A stretch of 63,799 nt of DNA, filler included, from Octopus bimaculoides (GCF_001194135.2; 7 parts of 6 records of this genome joined end to end with filler, not necessarily neighbours in it), one strand, 5' to 3'; shown: positions 27,590 through 39,199, numbered from the whole stretch's first letter. Numbers and translations are program-made. Notes: generated by a model not told the origin, from the sequence alone.

Positions 27590-28469
27590 CCTATCTATCT
27601 ATCTATGGGTGAATGTAGCAAGGATGGCACGTGTGAACGACGGAGCCATCTTGAGCATAACCCTATGAACAAGAAAAAAAAATCCAAGAAAAAAATAAAA
27701 CAAAAAGGCAAAAGAGAGTCACTTACTATTATAGTTTCTTCAATGAGAATATTGACNNNNNNNNNNNNNNNNNNNNNNNNNNNNNNNNNNNNNNNNNNNN
27801 NNNNNNNNNNNNNNNNNNNNNNNNNNNNNNNNNNNNNNNNNNNNNNNNNNNNNNNNNNNNNNNNNNNNNNNNNNNNNNNNNNNNNNNNNNNNNNNNNNNN
27901 NNNNNNNNNNNNNNNNNNNNNNNNNNNNNNNNNNNNNNNNNNNNNNNNNNNNNNNNNNNNNNNNNNNNNNNNNNNNNNNNNNNNNNNNNNNNNNNNNNNN
28001 NNNNNNNNNNNNNNNNNNNNNNNNNNNNNNNNNNNNNNNNNNNNNNNNNNNNNNNNNNNNNNNNNNNNNNNNNNNNNNNNNNNNNNNNNNNNNNNNNNNN
28101 NNNNNNNNNNNNNNNNNNNNNNNNNNNNNNNNNNNNNNNNNNNNNNNNNNNNNNNNNNNNNNNNNNNNNNNNNNNNNNNNNNNNNNNNNNNNNNNNNNNN
28201 NNNNNNNNNNNNNNNNNNNNNNNNNNNNNNNNNNNNNNNNNNNNNNNNNNNNNNNNNNNNNNNNNNNNNNNNNNNNNNNNNNNNNNNNNNNNNNNNNNNN
28301 NNNNNNNNNNNNNNNNNNNNNNNNNNNNNNNNNNNNNNNNNNNNNNNNNNNNNNNNNNNNNNNNNNNNNNNNNNNNNNNNNNNNNNNNNNNNNNNNNNNN
28401 NNNNNNNNNNNNNNNNNNNNNNNNNNNNATCTATATATGTACATACATAGAAACAGACAGACAGGCAGA

Positions 28470-29645
28470 AATTAGGCTTCTCAAAACCAGATAGGAAAAG
28501 ATTCGAAGACTTACAGAACCGAGCAATCAGTGGAACTGTAAAAAATCTGCAAAACTTTCCAGATGTTTATCGTTTAAGTATATATGTGCAAGAATATGAC
28601 CGAGAATACATAGATAATACAAAACAAAGAAATCTACACGTGCTCTAACTCCAAATATTTATTTCTTTATTGCCAACAGGGGGCTAAACACAGCGGGGAC
28701 AAGAAACGACAAAGGGATTAAATCAATTACTTAGACCCTAGTGCGTAACTGGTATTTATTTAACCGATCCCGAGAGGATGAAAGGCAAAGTGGACCTCGG
28801 CGGAATTTGAACTCAGAACTTAACGGCTGACGAAATACTGCTAAGCATTTCGCCAGGTGTGCTAACGATTCTGCCAGCTCGCCGCCCTTCTGACTCCAAA
28901 TATTGCACATATACACAAATACATGCAAAAATACATACATACATACATACATACATACATACATACATACATACATGCGCATACCTAGTCTTACAACAAT
29001 ATGTATGAGAATACATACATAAAACAAAACATTCAAATCTGCAAACTCACTGACTCCAAATACTGCACATATACACACACATACACATATACACACACAT
29101 ACACATATACATACACATACACGTATACATACACACATGATACATACATACACGCATACATACACACATAATACATACATACACACATACATACACACAC
29201 AATACATACGTACATACATACATACACGCATAATACATGCATACACATGTACTTACATACGCATACATAAATACTTACATATATACACGCATACATACAT
29301 ACATACACATACATACATGCATACATACCTATATACATACATATATACATACACACATATACACACTTACATACATACATACATACGCATACATACATAC
29401 ATACACATACATACACACACATATATACACACATACATACATACATACACATACATACATATATACATACATACATACATTCGCATACATACATACACAT
29501 ACATGCACACATTCATATATACCAACAAAAATACCGTGTTGTTGATGTTGAAATTCCAATGTAAGAGCCTTGAATCTAGGTTAGAAACCGGCTCTTTCTC
29601 TACTGGCAAGAAATGTTGAAATAAAACTGAACAATGACATACATA
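28470..29645 (+). mobile_element. Probable 3' end (C-terminus + long microsatellite-expanded 3' UTR) of the TACA-associated RLE LINE
   Basis: LGFSKPDRKRFEDLQNRAISGTVKNLQNF at 28470-28565. A terminal block aaaataccgtgttgttgatgttgaaattccaatg...aaactgaacaatgacatacatac at 29515-29645 recurs at ~42150-42245 and ~52570-52712. Linking these parts is inference. Confidence 0.5.
28657..28888 (-). mobile_element. SINE family B with target-site duplication
   Basis: Full-length minus copy flanked by ctaactccaaata (28645-28657) and ctgactccaaata (28890-28902). Confidence 0.88.
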
Positions 29646-29654
29646 CATACATAC

Positions 29655-29685
<31 letters not shown>

Positions 29686-29750
29686 CATACATACATACAT
29701 ACATGCATACATTCATACATACATACATGCATACATTCATGCATACATAC
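28925..29750. repeat. (TACA)n/(CA)n compound microsatellite field
   Basis: Directly visible; interrupted by the conserved 130-bp block at 29515-29645. Confidence 0.95.
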
Positions 29751-29944
29751 ATGATGGCCGTCCACTCGTGACCGAGGAAGACCATTACCGACCTTCAGGA
29801 ACATTCTGCGCCCTAGTACTAACTTACATTTTGCATTTACGGCTCCGTTGGTGGCTAATGAGCCCTGCTCTTGATAAGCAACATTCTCAATGTTGGCTGG
29901 ACCTCAAGGATTCCAGACATACATACATACATACATACATACAT

Positions 29945-30160
29945 AGCACAGTCATAGCCACTCATAAAAAGGAATACAAGTGGAATGTCCCAGTGAAGAC
30001 CTCAATGAAGACCTCAATAAACAGACCTGATATAATGATTTGGGATAGAGAAGAGAAAGTGTGTACAGTTATGGAAGCCAGCTGTTCAGCGGATGCTAAC
30101 ATAAAACTGAAGATCAGTGAGAAAGAGAACACCTATGCTGAACTATTGATATCATGTAGC
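29945..30160 (+). mobile_element. RLE-type non-LTR retrotransposon fragment (second family, TACA-associated)
   Basis: YKWNVPVKTSMKTSINRPDIMIWDREEKVCTVMEASCSADANIKLKISEKENTYAELL: RPD...E...K restriction-like endonuclease motifs. Starts directly after (TACA)n. Confidence 0.78.
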
Positions 30161-30204
30161 TTTAGGTACTTTAGGCCAGTGGAAATTTTTATGTATATAT
30201 ATTA

Positions 30205-30442
30205 AGAGTAATGGTATGACAACAAAAGGATGAATGAGGCCTCGATATCATGTAAATAGAGGAATGTATCTGTAACATAATATGTGACAATTATTCGATT
30301 GCCATAATAAAACTCCGAGTTTCGGATCAGAAAATGCATTTTTTGATTGCCTTGATAACTGACGAGATGCCGGAGCAGATTTCCGCCCGGCATCCGAAAC
30401 TCGGAGTTTTATTATAGCAATCGAATAATTGTCACATATTAT
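30205..30442. mobile_element. Penelope-like pseudo-LTR remnant with inverted arms
   Basis: 30277-30327 and 30392-30442 are 51-bp inverted repeats with one mismatch; the hammerhead overlaps the right arm. Confidence 0.6.
30353..30414 (+). ncRNA. Minimal type I hammerhead ribozyme motif (Penelope-like element associated)
   Basis: TGATAA-CTGACGA-GATGCCGG(13-nt loop)CCGGCATCC-GAAA-CTCGGAG-TT^TTATTA. Stem I is 6 bp with one G.U, stem II is 8 bp with one bulged C, helix III is quasi-palindromic (ACTCGGAGT), and the cleavage triplet is GUU. Confidence 0.75.
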
Positions 30443-30445
30443 ATT

Positions 30446-30495
<50 letters not shown>

Positions 30496-30499
30496 ACAC

Positions 30500-30730
30500 A
30501 AAGACTATTTGCCAACGTAATGTGGCAGTCTTGGATGTGACGAATGCTACTGTTGTTTAGCCCCAGGAAACATCGTCTCCAGCTGGCTATACGACACAAT
30601 ATCTGTGTCCTTATATTTTCGACACAGATATTGTGTCGTATGGCCATCTGGAAACAACGTTTCCTGAGGCTAAACAACAATAACATTCGTACCATCCAGG
30701 ATTGCCACATTATGTTGGCAAATAGCCTTT
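30500..30730. repeat. 231-bp near-perfect palindrome (110-bp arms, 11-nt loop)
   Basis: aaagactatttgccaacgtaatgtggc...acacaatatctgtgtc / gacacagatattgtgt...gccacattatgttggcaaatagccttt; mismatches are mostly transitions. Confidence 0.9.
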
Positions 30731-30825
30731 ATTTTAAAGCACTGTTACTGAATATCTCTCTTTGAGAGATTTAGAAATAATAATGTTTGTGTATGTTTGT
30801 ATGTATATATGTATGTATATATAAT

Positions 30826-30872
30826 TTTATTTACTCCATGTACCCAGACTTTGTGGACACCCTGTATATATA
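30826..30872 (-). mobile_element. Tc1/mariner-type TIR end
   Basis: Minus strand TA-CAGGGTGTCCACAAAGTCTGGGTACATGGAG next to an N gap. Confidence 0.55.
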
Positions 30873-31130
30873 NNNNNNNNNNNNNNNNNNNNNNNNNNNN
30901 NNNNNNNNNNNNNNNNNNNNNNNNNNNNNNNNNNNNNNNNNNNNNNNNNNNNNNNNNNNNNNNNNNNNNNNNNNNNNNNNNNNNNNNNNNNNNNNNNNNN
31001 NNNNNNNNNNNNNNNNNNNNNNNNNNNNNNNNNNNNNNNNNNNNNNNNNNNNNNNNNNNNNNNNNNNNNNNNNNNNNNNNNNNNNNNNNNNNNNNNNNNN
31101 NNNNNNNNNNNNNNNNNNNNNNNNNNNNNN

Positions 31131-31218
31131 CACACACTCACTCACTCACTCACTCACTCACTCACTAACTCTCTCTCTCTCACAATCACTCTCTCTCTCA
31201 CACACACACATACACGCA

Positions 31219-31259
<41 letters not shown>

Positions 31260-31432
31260 TTCTTTCCGTCTGTCTGTCTGTCTCTCTCACACACACGTAC
31301 ACGCAACATACACACACTCACACACACTCACTCCCACACGCACACACGCATACACTTTCTGTCTATCTGTCTATCTTTCTCTCTCTCTCGCACACACACA
31401 CAGACGCGTAACATACATACACACACACTCAT

Positions 31433-31466
<34 letters not shown>

Positions 31467-31720
31467 ACACACATGCACACACACACACACACACATGCAC
31501 ACACACTCACTCTCTGTCAGTCGGTCTCTCTTTCACTCACACACACACAGACACGCACACACGCACACAGACGCACACACACACACTCACTTTCTGTCTG
31601 TCTGTCAGTCTCTCTCTCTCTCTCTCTCTCTCACACATACATACACTCACACTCACTCTCTTTCTGTCTGCCTGTCTCTCTCTCACACACAGACACGCAC
31701 ACACGCATACACGAGCACAC
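31131..31720. repeat. (CA)n/(CT)n/(CTGT)n/(CACT)n compound microsatellite
   Basis: Directly visible. Confidence 0.95.
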
Positions 31721-32327
31721 CGGTTACAGAAATAATATAAAACTGTAAATACATCACAGCTCCAACTATCATAATTTCTTTATAANNNNNNNNNNNNNNN
31801 NNNNNNNNNNNNNNNNNNNNNNNNNNNNNNNNNNNNNNNNNNNNNNNNNNNNNNNNNNNNNNNNNNNNNNNNNNNNNNNNNNNNNNNNNNNNNNNNNNNN
31901 NNNNNNNNNNNNNNNNNNNNNNNNNNNNNNNNNNNNNNNNNNNNNNNNNNNNNNNNNNNNNNNNNNNNNNNNNNNNNNNNNNNNNNNNNNNNNNNNNNNN
32001 NNNNNNNNNNNNNNNNNNNNNNNNNNNNNNNNNNNNNNNNNNNNNNNNNNNNNNNNNNNNNNNNNNNNNNNNNNNNNNNNNNNNNNNNNNNNNNNNNNNN
32101 NNNNNNNNNNNNNNNNNNNNNNNNNNNNNNNNNNNNNNNNNNNNNNNNNNNNNNNNNNNNNNNNNNNNNNNNNNNNNNNNNNNNNNNNNNNNNNNNNNNN
32201 NNNNNNNNNNNNNNNNNNNNNNNNNNNNNNNNNNNNNNNNNNNNNNNNNNNNNNNNNNNNNNNNNNNNNNNNNNNNNNNNNNNNNNNNNNNNNNNNNNNN
32301 NNNNNNNNNNNNNNNNNNNNNNNNNNN

Positions 32328-32395
<68 letters not shown>

Positions 32396-32450
32396 CGTGT
32401 GTGCGTGCGTGCGTGCGTGCGTGTACACACATTCACACACACGCACACAG

Positions 32451-32680
32451 AGGCGAGCTGGCAGAAACATTAGCACGCCTGGTGAAATGCTTAGCGGTAA
32501 TTCGTCTACCGTTACGTTCTGAGTTCAAATTCCGCCGAGGTCGACTATGCCTTTCATCCTTTCGGGGTCGATTAAATAAGTACCAGTTTCGCACTGGAGT
32601 CGATATAATCGACTTAATCCGTTTGTCTGTCCTTGTTTGTCCCCTCTGTGTGTAGCCCCTTGTGGGTAGTAAAGAAATAA
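32451..32680 (+). mobile_element. tRNA-derived SINE family B, full length
   Basis: aggcgagctggcagaa head, gttctgagttcaaattccgcc B-box-like block, 3' gtagccccttgtgggtagtaaagaaata. Other copies at ~5975-6160, 10243-10440(-), 19420-20010(-), 35618-35835, 44541-44720 and 62420-62605. Confidence 0.88.
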
Positions 32681-32721
32681 CACACACACACATTATCCGA
32701 TGTGTGCAGTATTATATATCC

Positions 32722-32991
32722 ATTACGGCCGATCTTACCAATCGGTTTCGTGCTAGAGATTCAACGGAGTGTTAGGTAACAATCCGATTTTGTGACCCTG
32801 CGCTCATCACAAGAAGCCAATATAGAATGAAATATGGCGACTGAATATGAATGAATATGGCGAATGAAATATGTCGCCATATTTCATTCCACATCGGTTA
32901 CCTCTGATGAGCGCAAGAATACATAAACGGATTGTTACCTAACACTCCGTTGAATCCATAGCGCGAAACTAATTAGTAGGATCGGTCGTAA
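32722..32991. mobile_element. Foldback (~120-bp arms) of a hammerhead-bearing Penelope-like repeat
   Basis: 32722-32841 is the reverse complement of 32873-32991 at roughly 80% identity by eye. The centre holds short scrambled duplications (gaatatggcg, gaatgaaatat). Confidence 0.6.
32900..32982 (+). ncRNA. Minimal hammerhead ribozyme motif with a long stem II insertion
   Basis: ACCT-CTGATGA-GCGC(46 nt containing an AACGGA/TCCGTT hairpin)GCGC-GAAA-CTAATTAG(palindrome)-TA^GGAT. Stem I is weak (U.G, C-G, mismatch, A-U). An inverted, more degenerate copy lies at about 32729-32812. Confidence 0.65.
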
Positions 32992-33108
32992 GAATATTTA
33001 ATCCCATACGCTTCGGACAATATACCCACTCTATTGACAGATATACGAATGCAGGTTTTTACTGACTTATGGACTCTTAGACGACTTACACACACACACA
33101 CATGCGAG

Positions 33109-33169
<61 letters not shown>

Positions 33170-33434
33170 NNNNNNNNNNNNNNNNNNNNNNNNNNNNNNN
33201 NNNNNNNNNNNNNNNNNNNNNNNNNNNNNNNNNNNNNNNNNNNNNNNNNNNNNNNNNNNNNNNNNNNNNNNNNNNNNNNNNNNNNNNNNNNNNNNNNNNN
33301 NNNNNNNNNNNNNNNNNNNNNNNNNNNNNNNNNNNNNNNNNNNNNNNNNNNNNNNNNNNNNNNNNNNNNNNNNNNNNNNNNNNNNNNNNNNNNNNNNNNN
33401 NNNNNNNNNNNNNNNNNNNNNNNNNNNNNNNNNN

Positions 33435-33748
33435 AGACCGGGCGGTGTAAGTGTTTATTGAGCGAAAACACCTAAATCTCCACGAGGCTCCGGCAGGGGT
33501 TGGTGGCGAACCCTGCTGTACCCTTTCACCACAACTTTCTCTCACTCTTACTTCCTGTTTCTGTTGTGCCTGTAATTCAAAGGGTCAGCCTTGTCACACT
33601 GCTTCACGCTGAATGTCCCCGAGAACTACGTTGAGGGTACACGTGTCTATGGAGTGCTCAGCCACTTGCACGTTAATTTCATGAGCAGGCTGTTCCGTTG
33701 ATCGGATCAACTGGAACCCTGGACGTCGTAAGTGACGGAGTGCCAACA
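33435..33748 (+). mobile_element. SINE family C, head hidden in an N gap
   Basis: Aligns to 27215-27525. Confidence 0.85.
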
Positions 33749-34887
33749 ACAACATACGTGAGTTATATGAAAAAAAGGCTAGAGTTCAATTTGTTTTCTT
33801 GAGTTTTGGAAGAAGAAATTTGGGAGTGGTTATTTAAGATATTTTGTGCCATTTTGAATCTGTGTGTGTGTTTGTATTTGTGTATATGTACGTGTGTGTG
33901 TGCATGCGGTGAATTTTTAAACAAAGCATATATGAGAAATTTTTGGAGGCTTGGTTAGAGAAAGTAAAAAATAAGGAAATACGTTGGTGTCTTCTGGGGC
34001 CGTTGTATATGTGTCTCTGTGTTTGTCTTCCCACCTGCTTGACAATCGGTGTTGGTTTGCTCATATCTCCACAGTTTAGCGATTCGCCAAAACACAAAAA
34101 TAGAATCATTACCAGACTTTAAACTAAGCATGGCCGCAGTCCAATGACTGAAACAAGTTAAAAAGAAGTTTCAACCTATAGGGATTTATAACTGTAGAAA
34201 CGACAGTGAGTGATTGCTGTTGTTGTTGTTATTTAACCCTCGGTTAGTGTGACTGAGTAGACTTAAGACAAAATGAGTTCCAGTTATGATCATCTGTTTT
34301 ATTGTGGTCAATCATATTTGCTTTATGGCTGGCTGAATATAGTATCCTCATCCTCATCCTCCTCATCATCATCATCATCATCATCATCAATATCATCGTC
34401 ATCATCATCAACATCATCATCCTCTGGAAATGATCGTTTCGACTTCCACGACTCATAAGTCTGGTAACTCGGTTTCCATGGTGTATAAGTGACCAGGATC
34501 ACAACGACCTCCCCGAACGGAGCGCCAGTCCACCAGTCCGCCAGTCCACCAGTCCGCCAGTCCGCCTGTCCGTCGCTAGGCAACTTATTTATAGTCGAGT
34601 GGTCTGGAGCAACGTGAAAATAAAACGTATACGATGGACGGCTTGGTCCGAGAATAGAAACCACGATCTTGTGATTCTAAATACGTTATCTTAACGACTC
34701 AGCTACGCATCTTCACAACCACTTAGTGATAGAATGGAATTGATAAAATCTGGATTAATGGAATGGTACTTAGTTACATATGAGTTCAAATCGTACCGAG
34801 TCCACTTTCACCGTTCATCATTCCGAGTGAGAGGACCCAATAAAAATAAGTTCCAATTAAGATGTAATGTTCTCACAATGCATCCGA

Positions 34888-35340
34888 GTGGTATAGTGAA
34901 AGTGTGTGCCACCTGGGGTAGGTTCTGAGTTTGCCACCCCTGAGAAGGAGTGGCAAACTTATATAATAAACTTATACAGGCTTATACAGCAGACCCAAAA
35001 AGGCAGCCCCTGCTCTAAATGTGACGCCCGGGGAAGCTTTTGATGTATCCTCCACCTCCAAACCCATACAGGCCGATACAATGCATCGTAGTGGCGTAGC
35101 GAAAGTGTGTGCCACCTTTGGTAGCTTTTGAGTTTGCCACCCACTTCTCAGGACACCAAGCCTATACAAGCTTATTCAGCAGACCCCAAAAGGCAGCCCC
35201 TCTCTAAATTTGAAGCCCGGGGAAGCTTTTGATGTACCCGTCACCTCCAAATCCATACAGGCTTATACAGCGGATCTAAAAATGCCGTCTCATAAAAGTT
35301 TCGCCCGAGGGTGGACAGCTCACCTCGGCCCTACAAACTA
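34888..35340 (+). repeat. Two ~200-bp direct repeats of a hAT-like MITE end
   Basis: Units begin gtggtatagtgaaagtgtgtgccacc (34888) and gtagtggcgtagcgaaagtgtgtgccacc (~35088). AGTGGCGTAGC resembles hAT-type TIRs (inference). Confidence 0.55.
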
Positions 35341-37088
35341 TACTACTGATACATCGTTGAGGACAATGGAATTAGAATAGAAGAGTATGTCCTTTATATG
35401 TGCGGCCCTTGTGCTTATTGTAGAACCAATTACATTACTATTTATCCTCTTGAATTCAAATCGTGCCAAGATCAATTTACTTTGTCTTTCAACCTTCTGA
35501 GATCGATAAACAAAATTATCAGTCAAGTGATGTGTCGAGTTAATCGATTAACCTTCGACCCAACAATTTCAGGCCTTGTGCTTAGGTTAGAAACGATTAA
35601 TACTATTTTACCTTAGAAGAGGGCGGTGCGCTAGCAGAATTGTTAGCGTGTTGAATAAAATGCTTCGAGGCATATTCCAACTCTTTACATTCTGGGTTCA
35701 AATTATACCGAGGTCGATTTTGCCGTTAACTCTTTCGGGGTCGGTAAAATAAAGCAGCAGTCAAGTACTGGGGATCATTGCAGCCGATATGCCCCTCCCC
35801 TCAAAATTTCTGGCCTTATGCTAAATTCTGAAACTGTTCTAGCTTACGATAAATAAATAAAAAAAAGAGAAAATAAAAAAAAAAGAGGAAATCGGAGAGA
35901 ATGACAAAAGCGACACCAGATTACTTCTCTCTTCACGGGAATTATCAAGGCAATATCTCGACAAATTACTGTTTTGAAAATGGGGAACCTACTTCTACGG
36001 ATTAGGCATATAATCTCACCATCTCGTCAAATTAACCATGCTAACATTGGTTATCTCCCTTCCCTGTATGCTTTCTTTATCACGTTTTCTTTCTTCATTT
36101 ACATTTTTTCTCTCTCGTTCTTTCTCGTTCTTTTTCGCTTTTTCTCAGAGAGCAGCCACGTTTTATTTTGAGCCTGTAACGTTTCAAGATAGTACACAGT
36201 TCGACTACTTTGCTATCAGAGCACGAAACTTATAGCAGGTCGTCGCTGATAATTGATTTTTGATAAGGCTGCTGGCTATTTGCGACAGCAGTGTCTGCAA
36301 AGATGCTGACGTTCTATATATCATAGCAGCGAGATTTGACTGATGATTTCCAGTAGAATGAAACCACGTGATATGGGAGTTCTTGCACCTATGACAGACA
36401 ATTCTCGTCTGTTAGATCTACGTGTATGCTTTTATGCACCAAGCGCCTCTATGAGATCTCACGAGGCTAATAACGCAGTCTTTGATGCTCTGACAAGACA
36501 TCCATGTTAAATTGGATATAAAGATTACATTTTGGTATGAATACTATTTCTGTCGCTAGTGAGCAATGAAAAATGGAACGGCTATTGGGAAGTGGCTGCA
36601 GGTTTACCAGGGTGCCAGACACTCTTGCTCATCCCAGTTACGAAAAAAACAGACATTTTAATGTGGTGTGAAATTTTTGCTTTATTTATGCAAATTACCT
36701 AGGCCGTGAATGTGTTCTAATCTCTATTCATATCTAAGTATCTTGTTGTTCTGGAGACAAGGTAGGGAAAATACTGTGTTGATGACGTCTACTGAGGCAG
36801 AAAGAGGTGTTCACAGATCTCCTTTGGCCTCAACTGAATTATACATCTTTTTCCTTACTGGCATGCCAATTTCGGAGAATTCTTCATTCTTGTGATTATC
36901 TTCATTCCTCATATGGCGTTGGCCCTTACTGCCACCAAGCGATTGTTCTACCTTCTTTGGAAGCAGAATATAATTTCTATAAACTAAAGGGTTATTTTGT
37001 ATAGTACTTGATATATTCTTATTTGCATTTGTCTTTTAATTGTATACGACTGGTGACTCTGAATTATTTCTTTTACCGCTCCCCTTCA

Positions 37089-37193
<105 letters not shown>

Positions 37194-37393
37194 ACACATG
37201 CGGGTACACGTATATACATGCATATATGTATATTAGTAAATACTCACGTAAGCATATGTATCGATATATACATGTATACACATTTACATGCATACACACA
37301 CACATAATATGATAAATACGTGTGTACACACGCACACATATGTGTGTGTTTGTATGTGTGTGTGCGTGCGTGTGCTGTGTGTTTATAAATATG

Positions 37394-37445
<52 letters not shown>

Positions 37446-38203
37446 NNNNNNNNNNNNNNNNNNNNNNNNNNNNNNNNNNNNNNNNNNNNNNNNNNNNNNN
37501 NNNNNNNNNNNNNNNNNNNNNNNNNNNNNNNNNNNNNNNNNNNNNNNNNNNNNNNNNNNNNNNNNNNNNNNNNNNNNNNNNNNNNNNNNNNNNNNNNNNN
37601 NNNNNNNNNNNNNNNNNNNNNNNNNNNNNNNNNNNNNNNNNNNNNNNNNNNNNNNNNNNNNNNNNNNNNNNNNNNNNNNNNNNNNNNNNNNNNNNNNNNN
37701 NNNNNNNNNNNNNNNNNNNNNNNNNNNNNNNNNNNNNNNNNNNNNNNNNNNNNNNNNNNNNNNNNNNNNNNNNNNNNNNNNNNNNNNNNNNNNNNNNATC
37801 CACACACACACACGTATATATACAAATATTTATAAGCAGACATATCAAGCAAAGTTCTGGGTGTTTGTACATACTTTCTGTTCATGCAAGCATCTTTTTT
37901 GCCTCCCGTTTATGTTGATATATCTACTTGCATGCTAATATGTTTGTGTGCTTGTCATAATGAATAAATCTACGACTTAATCTCTTCATATTTATATAGG
38001 TTTCTAGAACTCCTATCTTTCCACGAAACAACATCTCTGATTATTTCTGTTATAGTAATAAATTTATTACATATCAGAAAACGGATTCTGGTTTTAATGA
38101 TGCTGCACCAAAAATCTGGCCATATTTCATTGGATCATATTCTCAATCGACTTGTTTTCATCTTGCATGATATTTATCTTCCTTCTCCCTCCACACAGTA
38201 TAT

Positions 38204-38253
<50 letters not shown>

Positions 38254-38254
38254 C

Positions 38255-38294
<40 letters not shown>

Positions 38295-38302
38295 GTAAAC
38301 AG

Positions 38303-38453
38303 CATTACTGCCTACACCGCCATATGCACAACTGGTCAAGCAGCTGTACAACGAAATGGAGAATCGTCAGCAGCCAGCAATCCAGCCGAACCAAACAACA
38401 ACACCACCAGTACCACCAAGAACAGAATCAGCACCATCACCACCACCACCAAC
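38303..38453 (+). CDS. Candidate coding exon, Pro/Thr-rich, unidentified; truncated by a scaffold spacer
   Basis: ctatctgtaaacag|CA acceptor right after an in-frame TAA. Translation LLPTPPYAQLVKQLYNEMENRQQPAIQPNQTTTPPVPPRTESAPSPPPP, with GC-rich third positions (CTG GTC AAG CAG CTG TAC AAC). No homology recognised, and all three frames are open because the stretch is T-poor. Confidence 0.4.
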
Positions 38454-38593
38454 NNNNNNNNNNNNNNNNNNNNNNNNNNNNNNNNNNNNNNNNNNNNTTA
38501 ATTAATTAANNNNNNNNNNNNNNNNNNNNNNNNNNNNNNNNNNNNNNNNNNNNTATATATATATATATGTATGTATGTATATATACATATATA

Positions 38594-38758
38594 CGACGGG
38601 CATCTTTCAGTTTCCGTCTACCAAATCCACTCACAAGGCTTTGGTCAGCCCGAGGTTATAGTAGAAGACACTTGCCCAAGGTGCCACGCAGTGGGACTGA
38701 ACCCGGAACCCGGAACCATGTGGTTGGTAAGCAAGCTACTTACCACGTAGCCACTCCT
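38594..38758 (-). mobile_element. SINE family A, 5' half
   Basis: Reverse complement of 8301-8460 at high identity. Confidence 0.85.
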
Positions 38759-39199
38759 ACTTCATATTTCATTAGTAATATTGTTTTTTAATGGTACTCC
38801 GTCGGTTGCAACGGCGAGTGTTCCAGTTGGCCTGATCAACAGAACAGGCTGCTTTTGAAATTTACTCCACAGATACGCGTATACTTAATGGAGATTCCAG
38901 GTAGATTCAGTATGACACAGAATATGATAATGCTAGGGCTTTGAAATACAGCTACTACTCATTTTTGCTAGGTGGACAGGAGCAACCTGAAATAAAGTGT
39001 CTTGCTCAAGGACACAACCGACCATCAGCAATCGAACTCATGACCTTATGAGCCAAATACCCTAAACACTAAGCCACGCGCTTCACTTAATATTTATATA
39101 ATACAAAGGTGAAAGTAAATATTCATTACCATTATTAAGTTAGAAAGAAACTCCTTTGCATTTCAAAATGAGAAGGAAAATGCTTTGTGAGTCTTAATT

